Below, piece after piece: positions 16,904-27,563 of a DNA stretch of 64,000 bases. The translations under genes and the position numbers were made by a program. Numbering within the stretch: the stretch's first letter is position 1; each line of letters starts with the position of its first letter. Source of the stretch: an uncultured Gammaproteobacteria bacterium (GTDB lineage Bacteria > Patescibacteriota > Patescibacteriia > UBA1558 > UBA10009). The notes below the pieces were generated by a model. That model ran no database searches and had not been told where the DNA came from. It saw only the letters and a program-made list of their open reading frames with translations. The stretch spans positions 3,425 through 67,424 of the forward strand of contig CAZPMS010000006.1 of assembly GCA_964588165.1 (NCBI GenBank), in the 5' to 3' direction.

Positions 16904-18151
16904 TTACTCGTTCCTTAAAGCAGTAATAGGATCCATTTTAGCCGCCTTTCTGGCTGGCACAAGGCCGAAAATTAAACCAATGGCGATAGAAACACTGGCC
17001 GCTATTAAAAGTGATTCCGGTTTAATTATAAACTCCCAATCCATACCCTGGCTTTTGGCACCGATTGATGTTATAAAAGATATTAAAATTCCTAAAATAA
17101 TTCCCAAGACTCCCCCGCTAAAGGTTAACACTACCGACTCCCATAAAAATTGCGATAGGATGCTTTTATAACTCGCGCCAACGGCTTTTCTTAGGCCTAT
17201 TTCATAAGTTCTTTCCGAAACAGAAACAAACATAATATTCATAATGCCCACTCCGCCAACAATTAAGCTGATGGCTACAATAGACATTAATAATAAAGTT
17301 ATACCGGCAAAAATAGCATCCCAAATTTCCATCATTTCTTCCATGGTAATTACGCCAAAATCATCTTTATTAGGATCGGTTATGCCATGCCTATCTCGCA
17401 TTAATAAAGTTATCTCCTCTGAAGTGGCTTTGCTTAATTCTTGATCTATCAAATTTCCCATAATAAACATAACGTGGTCTATGCCCATTACCAATTTTTG
17501 CAAAGTCCTCAATGGAATCAAAATCATATCATCCATATCCATATACATTATGGCGCCCCTTTCTTCCATTACTCCGATAACTTTGTAATTATTCTTGCCT
17601 ATTTTAATAGTTTCACCAACTGCATCACTTTCACCAAAATAGTCCTCTTTTATTTTTTTACCGATCACAGCCACCTTAGCTAAACTTTTATCCTCTTGGT
17701 CTGTAAAAAATCTACCTTCAGCTATTTCTGAAGTGTCTATATCTAAATATGAAGACGTAACTCCCCAAATCTGCTTCATATCCGATTCATCGTATTTTGT
17801 TACCATAGCCTGCCCGATTATGGCCGAATAGACATCAGAAATATTTGGGTGCTTTTTTACTGCATCAGCATCAGACTCTTTTAAAGTGGTTATACTTACG
17901 CCCATAACCATACTGGTGGCGTTTTCTGATGAAGCATGCGAGGTGCTGGGAGTTTTAACTTCTATTTCAATAAAATCAGATCCCCAGGCTTCTATTTGTG
18001 AAAGCATTAATCCCTTTAGGCTTTCACCAGCCGAAAATACAAGTATCACAGAAGTTATACCTATAACGATTCCTAATATAGTTAAAAAACTTCTTAACTT
18101 ATTTACGGTTAAGGCATTATAGGCGATCTTGATTGAACTTAAAAATCTCAT
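16904..18151 (-). CDS. ABC transporter permease, MacB/FtsX family
   Basis: 415 aa. N-terminal TM, large periplasmic domain, and three C-terminal TM helices with the FtsX-type motif ERTYEIGLRKAVGA. Confidence 0.85.
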   Translation of the reverse strand: MRFLSSIKIAYNALTVNKLRSFLTILGIVIGITSVILVFSAGESLKGLMLSQIEAWGSDFIEIEVKTPSTSHASSENATSMVMGVSITTLKESDADAVKKHPNISDVYSAIIGQAMVTKYDESDMKQIWGVTSSYLDIDTSEIAEGRFFTDQEDKSLAKVAVIGKKIKEDYFGESDAVGETIKIGKNNYKVIGVMEERGAIMYMDMDDMILIPLRTLQKLVMGIDHVMFIMGNLIDQELSKATSEEITLLMRDRHGITDPNKDDFGVITMEEMMEIWDAIFAGITLLLMSIVAISLIVGGVGIMNIMFVSVSERTYEIGLRKAVGASYKSILSQFLWESVVLTFSGGVLGIILGILISFITSIGAKSQGMDWEFIIKPESLLIAASVSIAIGLIFGLVPARKAAKMDPITALRNE

Positions 18152-18261
18152 TTTTCAAAAATTCTAAGCGCTAAATCTTAAATACTAAACATTTAATTAA
18201 TTAGAATTTTGAACATTTGAATTTGTTTAGAATTTAGAATTTAGAAATTATGATTTAACAA

Positions 18262-19497
18262 TTATTCATGTCTCAAGGCTTCTATAGGATCTAATTTTGC
18301 CGCCTTTTTAGCAGGGAAATAACCGAATATTAAACCAATAGCGCAAGAAACAACAAAACCTACAATAACTGACGAAGGAGTTACAACATAATTCCAACTA
18401 TATCCTAAATAATTAGCCACCATGGCTACAGCTCCAGAAAATATAGAGCCAAATAAAATTCCTGTTATTCCGCCAAGGATTGTAATAATAATAGCCTCTA
18501 TTAAAAACTGGCTTAATAAATTTTGTTTTGTGGCTCCAACAGCTTTTCTTAAGCCTATTTCTTTGGTTCTTTCTGTGACTGAAACATACATTATATTCAT
18601 AATGCCTATCCCGCCAACTAATAACGATATGGCAGCAATAGCTGCTAAGAAAAATTTAAGCGCATCGGTTATCATAGTTAACATTTCCAAAGCTTCTGCC
18701 TGATTCCTGACTTCAAAATCATCCTCTTTAGGATTTTTAATGCTATGCCTGTCTCTTATTACCTGATTAATTGCTTCGGTGGCAATTTCCATATTTTGGC
18801 TGTTATCTATTTTAGCCCTGATTAAACTAACATGGTTTATGCCCAATAAAAGCTTTTGGGCCGTTTTAAGCGGAATAAAAACATGTTCGTCTACACTTTC
18901 AAAAGCTACAGTTCCTCTTTCCTTCATTACTCCAATTACTTCAAAACTTTCCCGCTTAATTTTTATTTTATGCCCTATGGGGTCTTCGTCCTCAAATAAT
19001 TCTTTAGCTGCTTGGAAACCCAAAACCGCCACCCTAGAAATTCCCTTTTCTTCTTGCTCAGAAAAAAAATGGCCGTTTATAACAGCCGTATCTTCTATAT
19101 CTAAATAGCTTGCAGTGGTGCCTACAAAAGTTGTATCTAATTTCTGATTCTGCCAAGAAAGAGTTTCTATTCCCCTAACAAATGAGGTGGCCGCTAAAAC
19201 TTCCGGTACTTGCCTGGCTATAGCCAAGCCATCTTCATATTTTAAAGTTGTAACTGTTATGCCAAAAGCAGCAGCCGGCGGCCCATCATCAGAGGCATTG
19301 CCCGGCATAACGCTTAATAAATTAGAGCCTACTTTTTCTATTTGAGATAATATTAAACTCTGGGCTCCGGCCCCAACAGACATAATAATAATTACCGCCG
19401 AAATGCCAATAATAATCCCTAACATAGTTAGGGCACTTCTGGTTTTATTCGTTTTTAAACCAATAAAAGAAATATTGATTATGCCTCTTAAATTCAT
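18262..19497 (-). CDS. ABC transporter permease, MacB/FtsX family (paralog)
   Basis: 411 aa with the same architecture; ERTKEIGLRKAVGA. Confidence 0.85.
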   Translation of the reverse strand: MNLRGIINISFIGLKTNKTRSALTMLGIIIGISAVIIIMSVGAGAQSLILSQIEKVGSNLLSVMPGNASDDGPPAAAFGITVTTLKYEDGLAIARQVPEVLAATSFVRGIETLSWQNQKLDTTFVGTTASYLDIEDTAVINGHFFSEQEEKGISRVAVLGFQAAKELFEDEDPIGHKIKIKRESFEVIGVMKERGTVAFESVDEHVFIPLKTAQKLLLGINHVSLIRAKIDNSQNMEIATEAINQVIRDRHSIKNPKEDDFEVRNQAEALEMLTMITDALKFFLAAIAAISLLVGGIGIMNIMYVSVTERTKEIGLRKAVGATKQNLLSQFLIEAIIITILGGITGILFGSIFSGAVAMVANYLGYSWNYVVTPSSVIVGFVVSCAIGLIFGYFPAKKAAKLDPIEALRHE

Positions 19498-19501
19498 AAT
19501 T

Positions 19502-20221
19502 CTATTTAACTAATTTTCCGTTGGAAGTTGACCTCCTACTGGTAACTTTAGAATCGCTGACAGCTCTGCCGTCTCTTAGTTTAATAATTCTTTCGGCATG
19601 GTTAGCTGTATCTTGCTCATGAGTAACCAAAATAATAGTTTTGCCGCTGGCATTTAACTTTTCTAAAATTTCCATTACCTGGTCACCTGATTTTGAATCT
19701 AAATTACCGGTAGGTTCATCCGCAAAAATAATATCCGGATCATTAACTAAAGCTCTGGCAATGGCCACTCTTTGTTTTTCTCCACCCGAAAGTTGGTTAG
19801 AAAAATGTTCTAACCTATGTTCCAAGCTAACAGCCTTTAAAGCTTTTTTGGCCTTTTCATCACTTACACCTTGGCTACTATAAACTAAAGGCAGTTTTAC
19901 ATTTTCTAAAACCGTAGTTTTAGGCAGTAAAAAAAATGACTGAAATACAAAGCCAACTTCTTTATTTCTAATTTCAGCCAATTTATCTTCATCAAAATCT
20001 TTTGTTTCTTTATCTTTATATAAAAAATTGCCCGAAGAAAGCCGGTCTAAAAAACCAAAAATATGCATTAAAGTGGATTTGCCAGAACCAGAAGGCCCCA
20101 TTATAGCCACAAACTCTCCCATACTAATTTCCAAATCTATGCCATGCAAAACTTTGGTGACCACTTCATCAGTTATAAATTCTTTCTTTAAATCTGTAAC
20201 TTTTATCAATGACTTGCCCAT
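19502..20221 (-). CDS. ABC transporter ATP-binding protein (MacB/LolD-like)
   Basis: Walker A GPSGSGKST, signature LSGGEKQRVAIARAL, Walker B IIFADEPT. Confidence 0.92.
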   Translation of the reverse strand: MGKSLIKVTDLKKEFITDEVVTKVLHGIDLEISMGEFVAIMGPSGSGKSTLMHIFGFLDRLSSGNFLYKDKETKDFDEDKLAEIRNKEVGFVFQSFFLLPKTTVLENVKLPLVYSSQGVSDEKAKKALKAVSLEHRLEHFSNQLSGGEKQRVAIARALVNDPDIIFADEPTGNLDSKSGDQVMEILEKLNASGKTIILVTHEQDTANHAERIIKLRDGRAVSDSKVTSRRSTSNGKLVK

Positions 20222-20227
20222 AAAATT

Positions 20228-21889
20228 CTATTTACTGCTCTTTATATAGGTAACAACTTCATCTCCCTTATTAAGTCCATTAATTATTTCAATTAAACCG
20301 TCGTCTCCTCTTAAGCCTGTGGCAACATCTTTCTCTATCATCTGGCCGTTTTCCATTGTTCTAACAAAACGCCTGCCATAAGCTTCTATTACTGCTCTGG
20401 CCGGAATATAAATAGCATCTTCACGCTCAGCTGTAGTAACTGATAAATTAGCTGTCATACCCGACTTAACCTCGTCACTAATCTCGTCAAAAATTACTTT
20501 TACCTTATAATATACAACATCGTTAATAATGGTTTCGGCCGGATCAACTAAAGTTATATGTCCAACGAATATTTTTTCTTCGCCAAAAGCATCCAAGGTT
20601 ATTTCTGCCGCGTCGCCTGCCTTTACCTTAGCAATATCTGATTCCGGCACATCAACTTCAATTTCAAAATTACTTTCACCGATTATGGTTAAAACAGGCT
20701 CATTAGAACTTATATATTCACCTATTTCATAATTTATCTTGGTTACAATGCCTTCTAAGGGGCTTTTAATAGTATAATCGACTAAATCAGCAACTGCCTT
20801 TTGCAAACTTGCCTGAGCTTGCCTTAATTTAGCTTCATACAAATCCACATTATAATCTGTTGGGCCGGCCTGTTTTAATTCCAGTTCCGCCTGGGCAACA
20901 GCTAAAGCAGCTTCGGCTTTTTGAATTTCCGCCTGGGCAATTTCTACATTATTATCATATTCCAAAACTCCTGTTTGTAGATCGGATTTAATGCTTTGAA
21001 CGGAAGAGATGTTAGCTGAAACACTGGTTTGGTCAGCTGCTATATTAGTTTTAAATGTATCAATATTTGCCTGGGTTAAACTGCCACTTGGTAAAATATT
21101 AGAAAGTAAATCAAAAGTATCAAAAAGAGCTATACTTGCTTTGGTTAATACTTCATCAGTTTCTGTTAACAAAAATACCAGTTCATCAACTGTGCTATCC
21201 ATTGAATAATTATCAATTATATCTTCTAAAATATTCAGTTCGGCTATTCCGCTGTTATAACTGGCTTTGGCTTTTGTATGAGTTACTGGATGATTGCTAA
21301 ATTGGATAGTATAGGAATTATCATTAATAAAATCATCTATATCTTCTAAAGATTCCTTTGCCACAAAGATTGACTCATTAGCCTCATTAACAGCCTGCTC
21401 TTTTAAGGAAATTATATTCTGGTCTCTTTCACTTATGGCATGGCTTAAGGTGTCCTGTTTAGCGGCTAAATCTGCTTGAGCCTGGCTTACTTTAGCACTA
21501 GCTACAGCTATCTCTTCTGCTGTAGAACCGGCTATAATAGTTGCTAAATCAGCTTCGGCTTGGCTAACCCCGGCCTGGGCATTAGCTACCTGGCTGGCAG
21601 CCTGGCCAGATTGCAGTTCGGCCAGTATTTGACCTTTTTTAACCTTATCTCCTACTTTTAAATAAAGCTTGGCTAAATTACCGCTATTGGTAAAATTAAG
21701 GTTTGTTTCGGTAGCAGATTCAACTTTGCCAGTGGCTGAAACAGTTTGCACTAATAAGCCTTTTTCAGCAAAAGAAGTAACTATTTCTTCTGTATCTGTT
21801 TTGTTTAAATTACTATATATAATGCCTCCTGCAACTATCACAATTATAAAAATTATCCAAAAAACCTTGCTCTTAAATATTTTTTTCAT
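20228..21889 (-). CDS. periplasmic adaptor (HlyD/MacA-type membrane fusion protein)
   Basis: 553 aa. N-terminal TM, biotinyl-lipoyl-like segments flanking long Ala/Gln-rich coiled coils. Adjacent to the ABC genes. Confidence 0.75.
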   Translation of the reverse strand: MKKIFKSKVFWIIFIIVIVAGGIIYSNLNKTDTEEIVTSFAEKGLLVQTVSATGKVESATETNLNFTNSGNLAKLYLKVGDKVKKGQILAELQSGQAASQVANAQAGVSQAEADLATIIAGSTAEEIAVASAKVSQAQADLAAKQDTLSHAISERDQNIISLKEQAVNEANESIFVAKESLEDIDDFINDNSYTIQFSNHPVTHTKAKASYNSGIAELNILEDIIDNYSMDSTVDELVFLLTETDEVLTKASIALFDTFDLLSNILPSGSLTQANIDTFKTNIAADQTSVSANISSVQSIKSDLQTGVLEYDNNVEIAQAEIQKAEAALAVAQAELELKQAGPTDYNVDLYEAKLRQAQASLQKAVADLVDYTIKSPLEGIVTKINYEIGEYISSNEPVLTIIGESNFEIEVDVPESDIAKVKAGDAAEITLDAFGEEKIFVGHITLVDPAETIINDVVYYKVKVIFDEISDEVKSGMTANLSVTTAEREDAIYIPARAVIEAYGRRFVRTMENGQMIEKDVATGLRGDDGLIEIINGLNKGDEVVTYIKSSK

Positions 21890-21924
21890 ATGTTTATTAT
21901 TTTATTATTTACGTTTTAAAAATC

Positions 21925-23049
21925 CTATAGAGTCCAAATGGTATAAATAATGCCTCCAACAAAAATAAGGGAAAGTAAAAAAACTATAAGAGGACTTTTA
22001 GAAAGTTGATACTCTGGTTGGCGCTCTTTTTTATCAGCAACTTTTAAATACATTAAACCAATTAAAATACCTTCTATGCCGCCTCCAATGGCTCCAACAG
22101 TTCCCATCACCTTAACAAAATTATTTAACCCTAGTAAAAAAACAATGAGCGGTATACTAATTGTTAAAAACCAAGCAAGATTCCTATTAAAGTTAAAATC
22201 AAACCGATAGGTATTTTTTAGAGCAAGGCCCAGAGTTAAAAAACTGGTAGCCATAGTAAAAAAAGCAAACAGATTGGCAAAAATTAACATAGGCCTGCCC
22301 ATAACATCGCCCAAACCAATGGTGGCCACTTCTGTTATCCTACTGCCAGCCACGCCCACCACAATAATTGTAAAAACCAAATAAACAATAAAGGGAATAC
22401 TGGTACCTATGATTATGCTTTTTTTCACCAAATTCTCACGACCTTTTAAAACCCGCCTTAGTTGTGGTACAGCTGAAGCACCGCCAATAGAAAAAAAGAT
22501 GACTCCGTAAGGTATTAATAGTTTAGACGCATCAAAAACTGCTAAGTTAGCCCAATTTAAATCTTTAATTCCCCAAAAGGAAATAACCACAACAATAAAA
22601 AGAATGGCTATAGTTAATAAAAATTCAGTTTCCTTAATTATAACTAATCCTAAATAAACCAATAGCGAAGCAAAAGCGAAAAAAATTAAACTGTAAATAA
22701 AAGGATTGCCGCCCGTTAAAGCTGCCAAAACTTTTCCTTCGCCAATTAGATAAGCAAGCATTGCTCCGTAAAAACCAAAAACCACAGAGCCAAACATTAA
22801 ATATTTCCCTATCTTGCCTAAATATTTTTCAGCGTAACCTGTAAGTTGGTGGTGCCTCTCGGTGCTTAAAACAATCTCGCCAAGATGTAAGTTAATCAAA
22901 AGTACAGCTAAAAATATTACCAACATTAAAATTCCCCCGGTAATAAAGCCAGACTGGTAAATTACATAAGGAATTCCTAAAACGCCGGCGCCGATAATAG
23001 TGCCGACCAGAATTGAAATAGCTTCAAAAAATGGTAGTTTCTTTTTCAT
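21925..23049 (-). CDS. amino acid permease (aromatic/hydroxy amino acid permease-like)
   Basis: 374 aa, ~11 TM helices, N-terminal FEAISILVGTIIGAGVLGIPY motif. Confidence 0.65.
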   Translation of the reverse strand: MKKKLPFFEAISILVGTIIGAGVLGIPYVIYQSGFITGGILMLVIFLAVLLINLHLGEIVLSTERHHQLTGYAEKYLGKIGKYLMFGSVVFGFYGAMLAYLIGEGKVLAALTGGNPFIYSLIFFAFASLLVYLGLVIIKETEFLLTIAILFIVVVISFWGIKDLNWANLAVFDASKLLIPYGVIFFSIGGASAVPQLRRVLKGRENLVKKSIIIGTSIPFIVYLVFTIIVVGVAGSRITEVATIGLGDVMGRPMLIFANLFAFFTMATSFLTLGLALKNTYRFDFNFNRNLAWFLTISIPLIVFLLGLNNFVKVMGTVGAIGGGIEGILIGLMYLKVADKKERQPEYQLSKSPLIVFLLSLIFVGGIIYTIWTL

Positions 23050-24156
23050 TTACTGTTGCTCCTTTGGTAAATTACCATTTATCTTAGGAAAGATGTCTCC
23101 ATTTATATCACCTTGTTTTTCTTCTGTGGTGATAACTTCTTTTTGATAAATCTGGCCTGCTTCTAATATTGGTATGATTGTCATTTTTAGATTAACGGAA
23201 CTACCCAGTTCCTCCGAAAGCTGGTTGGTTAAACTATCCATCTGTTTGGGGGTTAAATTATTTTTTGCCCTAACCACAATTTCAATAAATAAAACATCAT
23301 CTCTACCGGATAACTTAATATCAGAAATTTCACTTTGGCTGACTCTTAAGTTTATTACCCCTCTGACTATTTTAATTTGTTGGTTGTTTTTTAAAGTATC
23401 GCTGGTGATTATAATAAGCGGAATAATTATTATTATTAAAAATACTACGGACCAAACTACATTATTGCGCCTTCTTTCTAAACTTTCCTCTCCTGAAAGC
23501 GGCTTAAATTTAGCCAATACAAAAAACAAGGCTGCCGAAAGGATCATGGCGATCAAATTAGAAACAAAAAGTAGAAGCGAACCGGCCGCCTGGCCAAGAT
23601 TTTTTTCTGCTAAAGAGAGGCCTACAACGCATAGGGGCGGCACAACGGCAGAAGCAATAACCACACCGGCGATAAAACTGCCCAAACCGGGATAAGAAAT
23701 AACAAAAGCGGCTACAAAACCGGCAGCCAAAGCAATAAACAATTCTAAAATAGTAGGTTGGGTCCTAGAAATAACTTCCATGCCAAATTCATTAAAAGGC
23801 AAAATTAATCCCATTAAATAGGCTACTAAAAGTATGGAAGCTGTAGCCTTAAATAAAGTGAATAGCGACTGCTCGAATAATCTTAAGCTGCCTCTTATCA
23901 TACTAAGGGCCATAGCCAAAATTGGCCAAACCAAAGGTGCCATTAACATGCCGCCGATAATCACAGCGCTGCTATTTAAAATCAGCCCCAAGGTGATTAT
24001 TATTCCGGCAAAAATAGTTAAAGTAAAAAAATCCAAATCTCCTTTGGCACTTTCTTTTATCTGTTCTAATACTTTCACGTGCCTTTCATCAGAAAGCCGG
24101 AAAACATTAAAAATTTTTCTAAAATTTAATTGCATCTTACTTATATAATAACACAA
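23050..24156 (-). CDS. hydrophobic membrane protein, DUF389-like
   Basis: 368 aa, multi-TM core with a soluble C-terminal domain. Family call is from overall pattern only. An internal Met (MQLNF) is an alternative start. Confidence 0.45.
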   Translation of the reverse strand: MCYYISKMQLNFRKIFNVFRLSDERHVKVLEQIKESAKGDLDFFTLTIFAGIIITLGLILNSSAVIIGGMLMAPLVWPILAMALSMIRGSLRLFEQSLFTLFKATASILLVAYLMGLILPFNEFGMEVISRTQPTILELFIALAAGFVAAFVISYPGLGSFIAGVVIASAVVPPLCVVGLSLAEKNLGQAAGSLLLFVSNLIAMILSAALFFVLAKFKPLSGEESLERRRNNVVWSVVFLIIIIIPLIIITSDTLKNNQQIKIVRGVINLRVSQSEISDIKLSGRDDVLFIEIVVRAKNNLTPKQMDSLTNQLSEELGSSVNLKMTIIPILEAGQIYQKEVITTEEKQGDINGDIFPKINGNLPKEQQ

Positions 24157-24169
24157 TTTATAAGATTAT

Positions 24170-25168
24170 CTAATCTAACCAAATATTGGCCGCAGCCTGC
24201 CAAATATCCACATCTCCTTGCTGTTTAAGCCAATACCACCACTCAACTCCCCATAAATAGATAGGGCTTAAGCCTGTCCTTTTGGAGTAACTTAAATTCT
24301 TACTAAAAATAATAGGATCCATAGAATGTTTTTGTTCTTCCAAGGAAGTTAAAAGTATCTGCCTAGAAACCCAGGGTTCCATTTGCATCTCTGAAATGAA
24401 TATTGAATCTACATCAGTTACAGCCCTTGCTAGTAAGCTTTTTAAATAATAATGAGCAGGAGGCAAGGGATAATAAAAATAACCAAACCATTTATTCCAA
24501 GTTATTCTATAAATACTGGAGCCTACCATATCACCCAAAGAGGAGCCCCTAAGCCAAGTGGAAAGTTCTCCGCTCTCGGTAATTACCACCGGGCGATCAT
24601 CAAGTGATTTAACTAAAGCCACCTCATTTTTATAAAAATCCTTATCCAGCCTAGGACATTCACCAAAAACAGCCAAGTAAGGTTCGTTCTCTACCTGCCA
24701 GGCAATAATAGATTTATAATCTTTAAAATGATTAACTGTTTTTTTAAGCAAGTTTAAAATATGTTCTTGGCGTTCTTCTTCATTGGAGCCAAAAATCCAG
24801 GTTGGCCAATGGCATTCCGGCCACCTGGGAACCCTATTGCCGATAGTTAACAATATTTCGCCTCCCCTTTTTTCCACCTCTTTGATTTGCCATTCCAAAT
24901 TAGAAAAATCATACTTCCCTTTAGCTGATTCAATTTTATCCCAATAAGCAATTAACCTAAATTTTTTAACGCCTAGATCATCCAAGATACTGGTAAATGT
25001 TTTTTGCCAATCAAGCTCTAATTCTTCAGCATACTTTTGGCTAAAAGTAACACCATATTCTATTACCTTGCCTTTACTAAAATCAGCTAAGTAAAGCCAG
25101 ACTATTGAAAATATAATTGCCAAAATAATAAATAAGGAAAAAACTTTTTTATAATAATTTTTAATCAT
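24170..25168 (-). CDS. putative glycoside hydrolase, TIM-barrel clan GH-A-like
   Basis: 332 aa, N-terminal anchor, WQVENEP (NEP acid/base motif) and the FRLIAYWDKIE pattern. Confidence 0.5.
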   Translation of the reverse strand: MIKNYYKKVFSLFIILAIIFSIVWLYLADFSKGKVIEYGVTFSQKYAEELELDWQKTFTSILDDLGVKKFRLIAYWDKIESAKGKYDFSNLEWQIKEVEKRGGEILLTIGNRVPRWPECHWPTWIFGSNEEERQEHILNLLKKTVNHFKDYKSIIAWQVENEPYLAVFGECPRLDKDFYKNEVALVKSLDDRPVVITESGELSTWLRGSSLGDMVGSSIYRITWNKWFGYFYYPLPPAHYYLKSLLARAVTDVDSIFISEMQMEPWVSRQILLTSLEEQKHSMDPIIFSKNLSYSKRTGLSPIYLWGVEWWYWLKQQGDVDIWQAAANIWLD

Positions 25169-25192
25169 AAATTTTAGCTACTAGATACAACC

Positions 25193-25222
25193 CCAGCCAA
25201 AGGCTGGTGAGCCTACGGCTCA
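25193..25222 (-). repeat. GC-rich twin-hairpin element, copy outside a tRNA
   Basis: Plus strand CCAGCCAAAGGCTGG + TGAGCCTACGGCTCA. The first hairpin is identical to that at 34325-34339. ATCTAG occurs on both sides. Confidence 0.7.
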
Positions 25223-25228
25223 TACTCG

Positions 25229-26137
25229 CTAGATTAGAATTAATACGATTCCTACAAACAAAACAGAGCTCCAAAGCAATTTTTGGAAAATAAATTTCTT
25301 TTTAATACTTTCTTTTAATACTTTGGGATAAAATTTTGACATCAAGTAAACCAAAAAGATTATAAAGAAAAACTGTATTCCATTTAAAGCCGATACTAAA
25401 ATTACATTGCCTAATTTAATAGCAACCTGCTGCAGAATTACTCCCAAGCTTCCAGCCAACTGGCCCAATAAAAAAGGCGCCCAAGGCTGCTTCTTTTTTT
25501 TAAACAGCTTTTTTTTCTTTCTTATTAAAACTTTAGACCATTTATTAAATAATGCCACAAACAAAACAGCGGCCATCACTGTAAACCATCTCATCCAAAC
25601 AAAAGCAGTAATAAAGGAGAGGTTATCATAGGCGATTTTACCAAAAACGTTAGAAGCACCCAACATTAAACTGGATACTATTACAAAAAGCCAGGTTTTT
25701 TTGTCCAGGTGGGTTTTTTTAAGCCCTACCTGTGAAAGCAAATAACTTCCGGCTACAATTAGCAGGGCACCAGCAACTCTTTTAACAGAAACAAGCTCTA
25801 TTTCTAAAAACCAAGAAAGAGCAAAAACTACAATTGGTATGAAACTTACTACAATAGGGTTGGATTTAGAAACTTCTGACCTGGCTATTGCTAAAAACAG
25901 ATAATAAAGTCCAAAAAATAATGAGCAGCCACCCGCCAATAGCACAGCTAACCAGCCGACGGGAAGATAAAAACCTTTTTCAAAAAAAATAAAAAAACTG
26001 CTGAGAACTCCTCCCAGCAATGATATGTAAAAAGCGAAAGAAACCGGCACTATCTTAGTTTTAGAAAGTAAATATTTATCAACCACAGCAGCTACCGCCA
26101 GAAGAAAAAAAGCAATTATGGATAAAATAAACCACAT
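25229..26137 (-). CDS. EamA/DMT-family transporter
   Basis: 302 aa, ~10 TM helices in two similar halves. Confidence 0.65.
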   Translation of the reverse strand: MWFILSIIAFFLLAVAAVVDKYLLSKTKIVPVSFAFYISLLGGVLSSFFIFFEKGFYLPVGWLAVLLAGGCSLFFGLYYLFLAIARSEVSKSNPIVVSFIPIVVFALSWFLEIELVSVKRVAGALLIVAGSYLLSQVGLKKTHLDKKTWLFVIVSSLMLGASNVFGKIAYDNLSFITAFVWMRWFTVMAAVLFVALFNKWSKVLIRKKKKLFKKKKQPWAPFLLGQLAGSLGVILQQVAIKLGNVILVSALNGIQFFFIIFLVYLMSKFYPKVLKESIKKKFIFQKLLWSSVLFVGIVLILI

Positions 26138-26139
26138 AT

Positions 26140-27492
26140 TTAATACTGTGAAATAGTTTCTAGTTTTTTAGCTTTGCCAATTTGCTTAGCCAATATTTTT
26201 TCTATATTATAGGTTCCCATTTTAGGGGCTTCTAAAAATCCTTGCGCGGCAGCCTCAGCCAGCCAGCCACTCCTAATGGCATCATCCAGCCATTCACTTG
26301 CATACCTTGGATCTTCTTGTTTTATGCCGGCGCCCAAATTAATCAGCCATCTTTGGTTAAATTCCTCTTGGGAGCCGATCGGCGGGGCAATTATAATTGG
26401 CAAACCAAGAGCGCAGTAAAAAGAAAGTTCCGAAGGCTTTGTCCATAAAATATCGGTTTTGGAAAGCAGGCTATTAAACTTTTTAAAATATTCTTCTTTT
26501 TCTCTTTCATAAAGGATGTTCACCCATTTGCCTAATTCATTAGATAATCCATTTTTTTTGATTGCCTGTTTAAAAAATTTATTTACCAAAGGGTGGATAC
26601 CGGCTATAAGATTCATTTTTAACTCATGATTTTTAATTTTACCAGCCAGCCGTTTAATTATTTCGGCTCCCAGTTCCCTTTGTGCCCCAGCTCCGCCAAC
26701 TGCAAAAGTTATAGTTAAAGGATGATTGCATTTTTTAGGAAAATTCTTTACCTTAAGTGTTTTTAATAAAGTATCTCGGTATTTATTGAGATAGTTTTTA
26801 TTGGGATCCAAATTTAATAATCGATGTTTTAGATCATCTCTAACCTTTTTAAAACTTGGCGCGCCAAGGTTAGCATCCGGCAAAGGAAAGCCGGTTAAAA
26901 AAATCCTTGATTTATCTACGCCATAAAGCTGCAGCCTATCGTAAACCCTAACATTTGGCACAAAATATTTTATCTTGCTCTTACTGGGCTCTGCCGAAAC
27001 CCAGGCCCGGCTGATATCTGCATCGCAGATTATGCAAAAAATGTCTCCAGGGTATTTGTGGACCTCCGCCATAATAGCTGTAGCAAAAAAAGAAGTTACA
27101 TATGGCAAATCAGATCTTTGGGAAACTTTTTCAATTAAATGCTTGCCCCATTTCTTATCTTTAATTACTCGAGTAGCCGAAAGTGTCTGGATTGAAGGCT
27201 TGGAAAGATCTCGCCTAGGATAAAAATTAGGAATTTCCTGAATTTTATTCATAATGCTAAAAAGTAGGTCCCCAAAAAAAGGTACTTTTTTAAAACGCGA
27301 GACAAATTCATAAAACTTTCTCTGGTTTAGCCAGATTTTCCTATCATATCTGGGAATGCCATTATAACTATTGGCATTAATAGTCCCCTGGTAAGCTTTT
27401 TTTCTTAACGGATGAGTAGCCCTTTGATGGCCATAGCCCATATCCACTGTAACCAGCCAATATTTTAATTTTTTTTTCTTTTTTAGAGGCAT
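26140..27492 (-). CDS. putative glycosyltransferase (MGDG-synthase/GT28-like), uncertain
   Basis: 450 aa. N-terminal DMGYGHQRA and later VGGAGAQ glycine motif resemble GT-B lipid glycosyltransferases. Weak call. Confidence 0.35.
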   Translation of the reverse strand: MPLKKKKKLKYWLVTVDMGYGHQRATHPLRKKAYQGTINANSYNGIPRYDRKIWLNQRKFYEFVSRFKKVPFFGDLLFSIMNKIQEIPNFYPRRDLSKPSIQTLSATRVIKDKKWGKHLIEKVSQRSDLPYVTSFFATAIMAEVHKYPGDIFCIICDADISRAWVSAEPSKSKIKYFVPNVRVYDRLQLYGVDKSRIFLTGFPLPDANLGAPSFKKVRDDLKHRLLNLDPNKNYLNKYRDTLLKTLKVKNFPKKCNHPLTITFAVGGAGAQRELGAEIIKRLAGKIKNHELKMNLIAGIHPLVNKFFKQAIKKNGLSNELGKWVNILYEREKEEYFKKFNSLLSKTDILWTKPSELSFYCALGLPIIIAPPIGSQEEFNQRWLINLGAGIKQEDPRYASEWLDDAIRSGWLAEAAAQGFLEAPKMGTYNIEKILAKQIGKAKKLETISQY

Positions 27493-27563
27493 TTTTTAAA
27501 CAAAAATTATGAGAATATTTCTTCCCTTTGTTATCTTTAATTATAACATTTTTTTGCTATTCT

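Noticed and set aside
3034-21950. Numerous 60-210-aa ORFs antisense to or overlapping dnaK, dnaJ, the VirD4-like gene, the ABC genes and others
   Set aside because: They lie wholly inside longer ORFs with clear homology-type motifs on the other strand or frame. Their translations are low-complexity Ser/Leu/Phe-rich, typical of AT-rich shadow frames.
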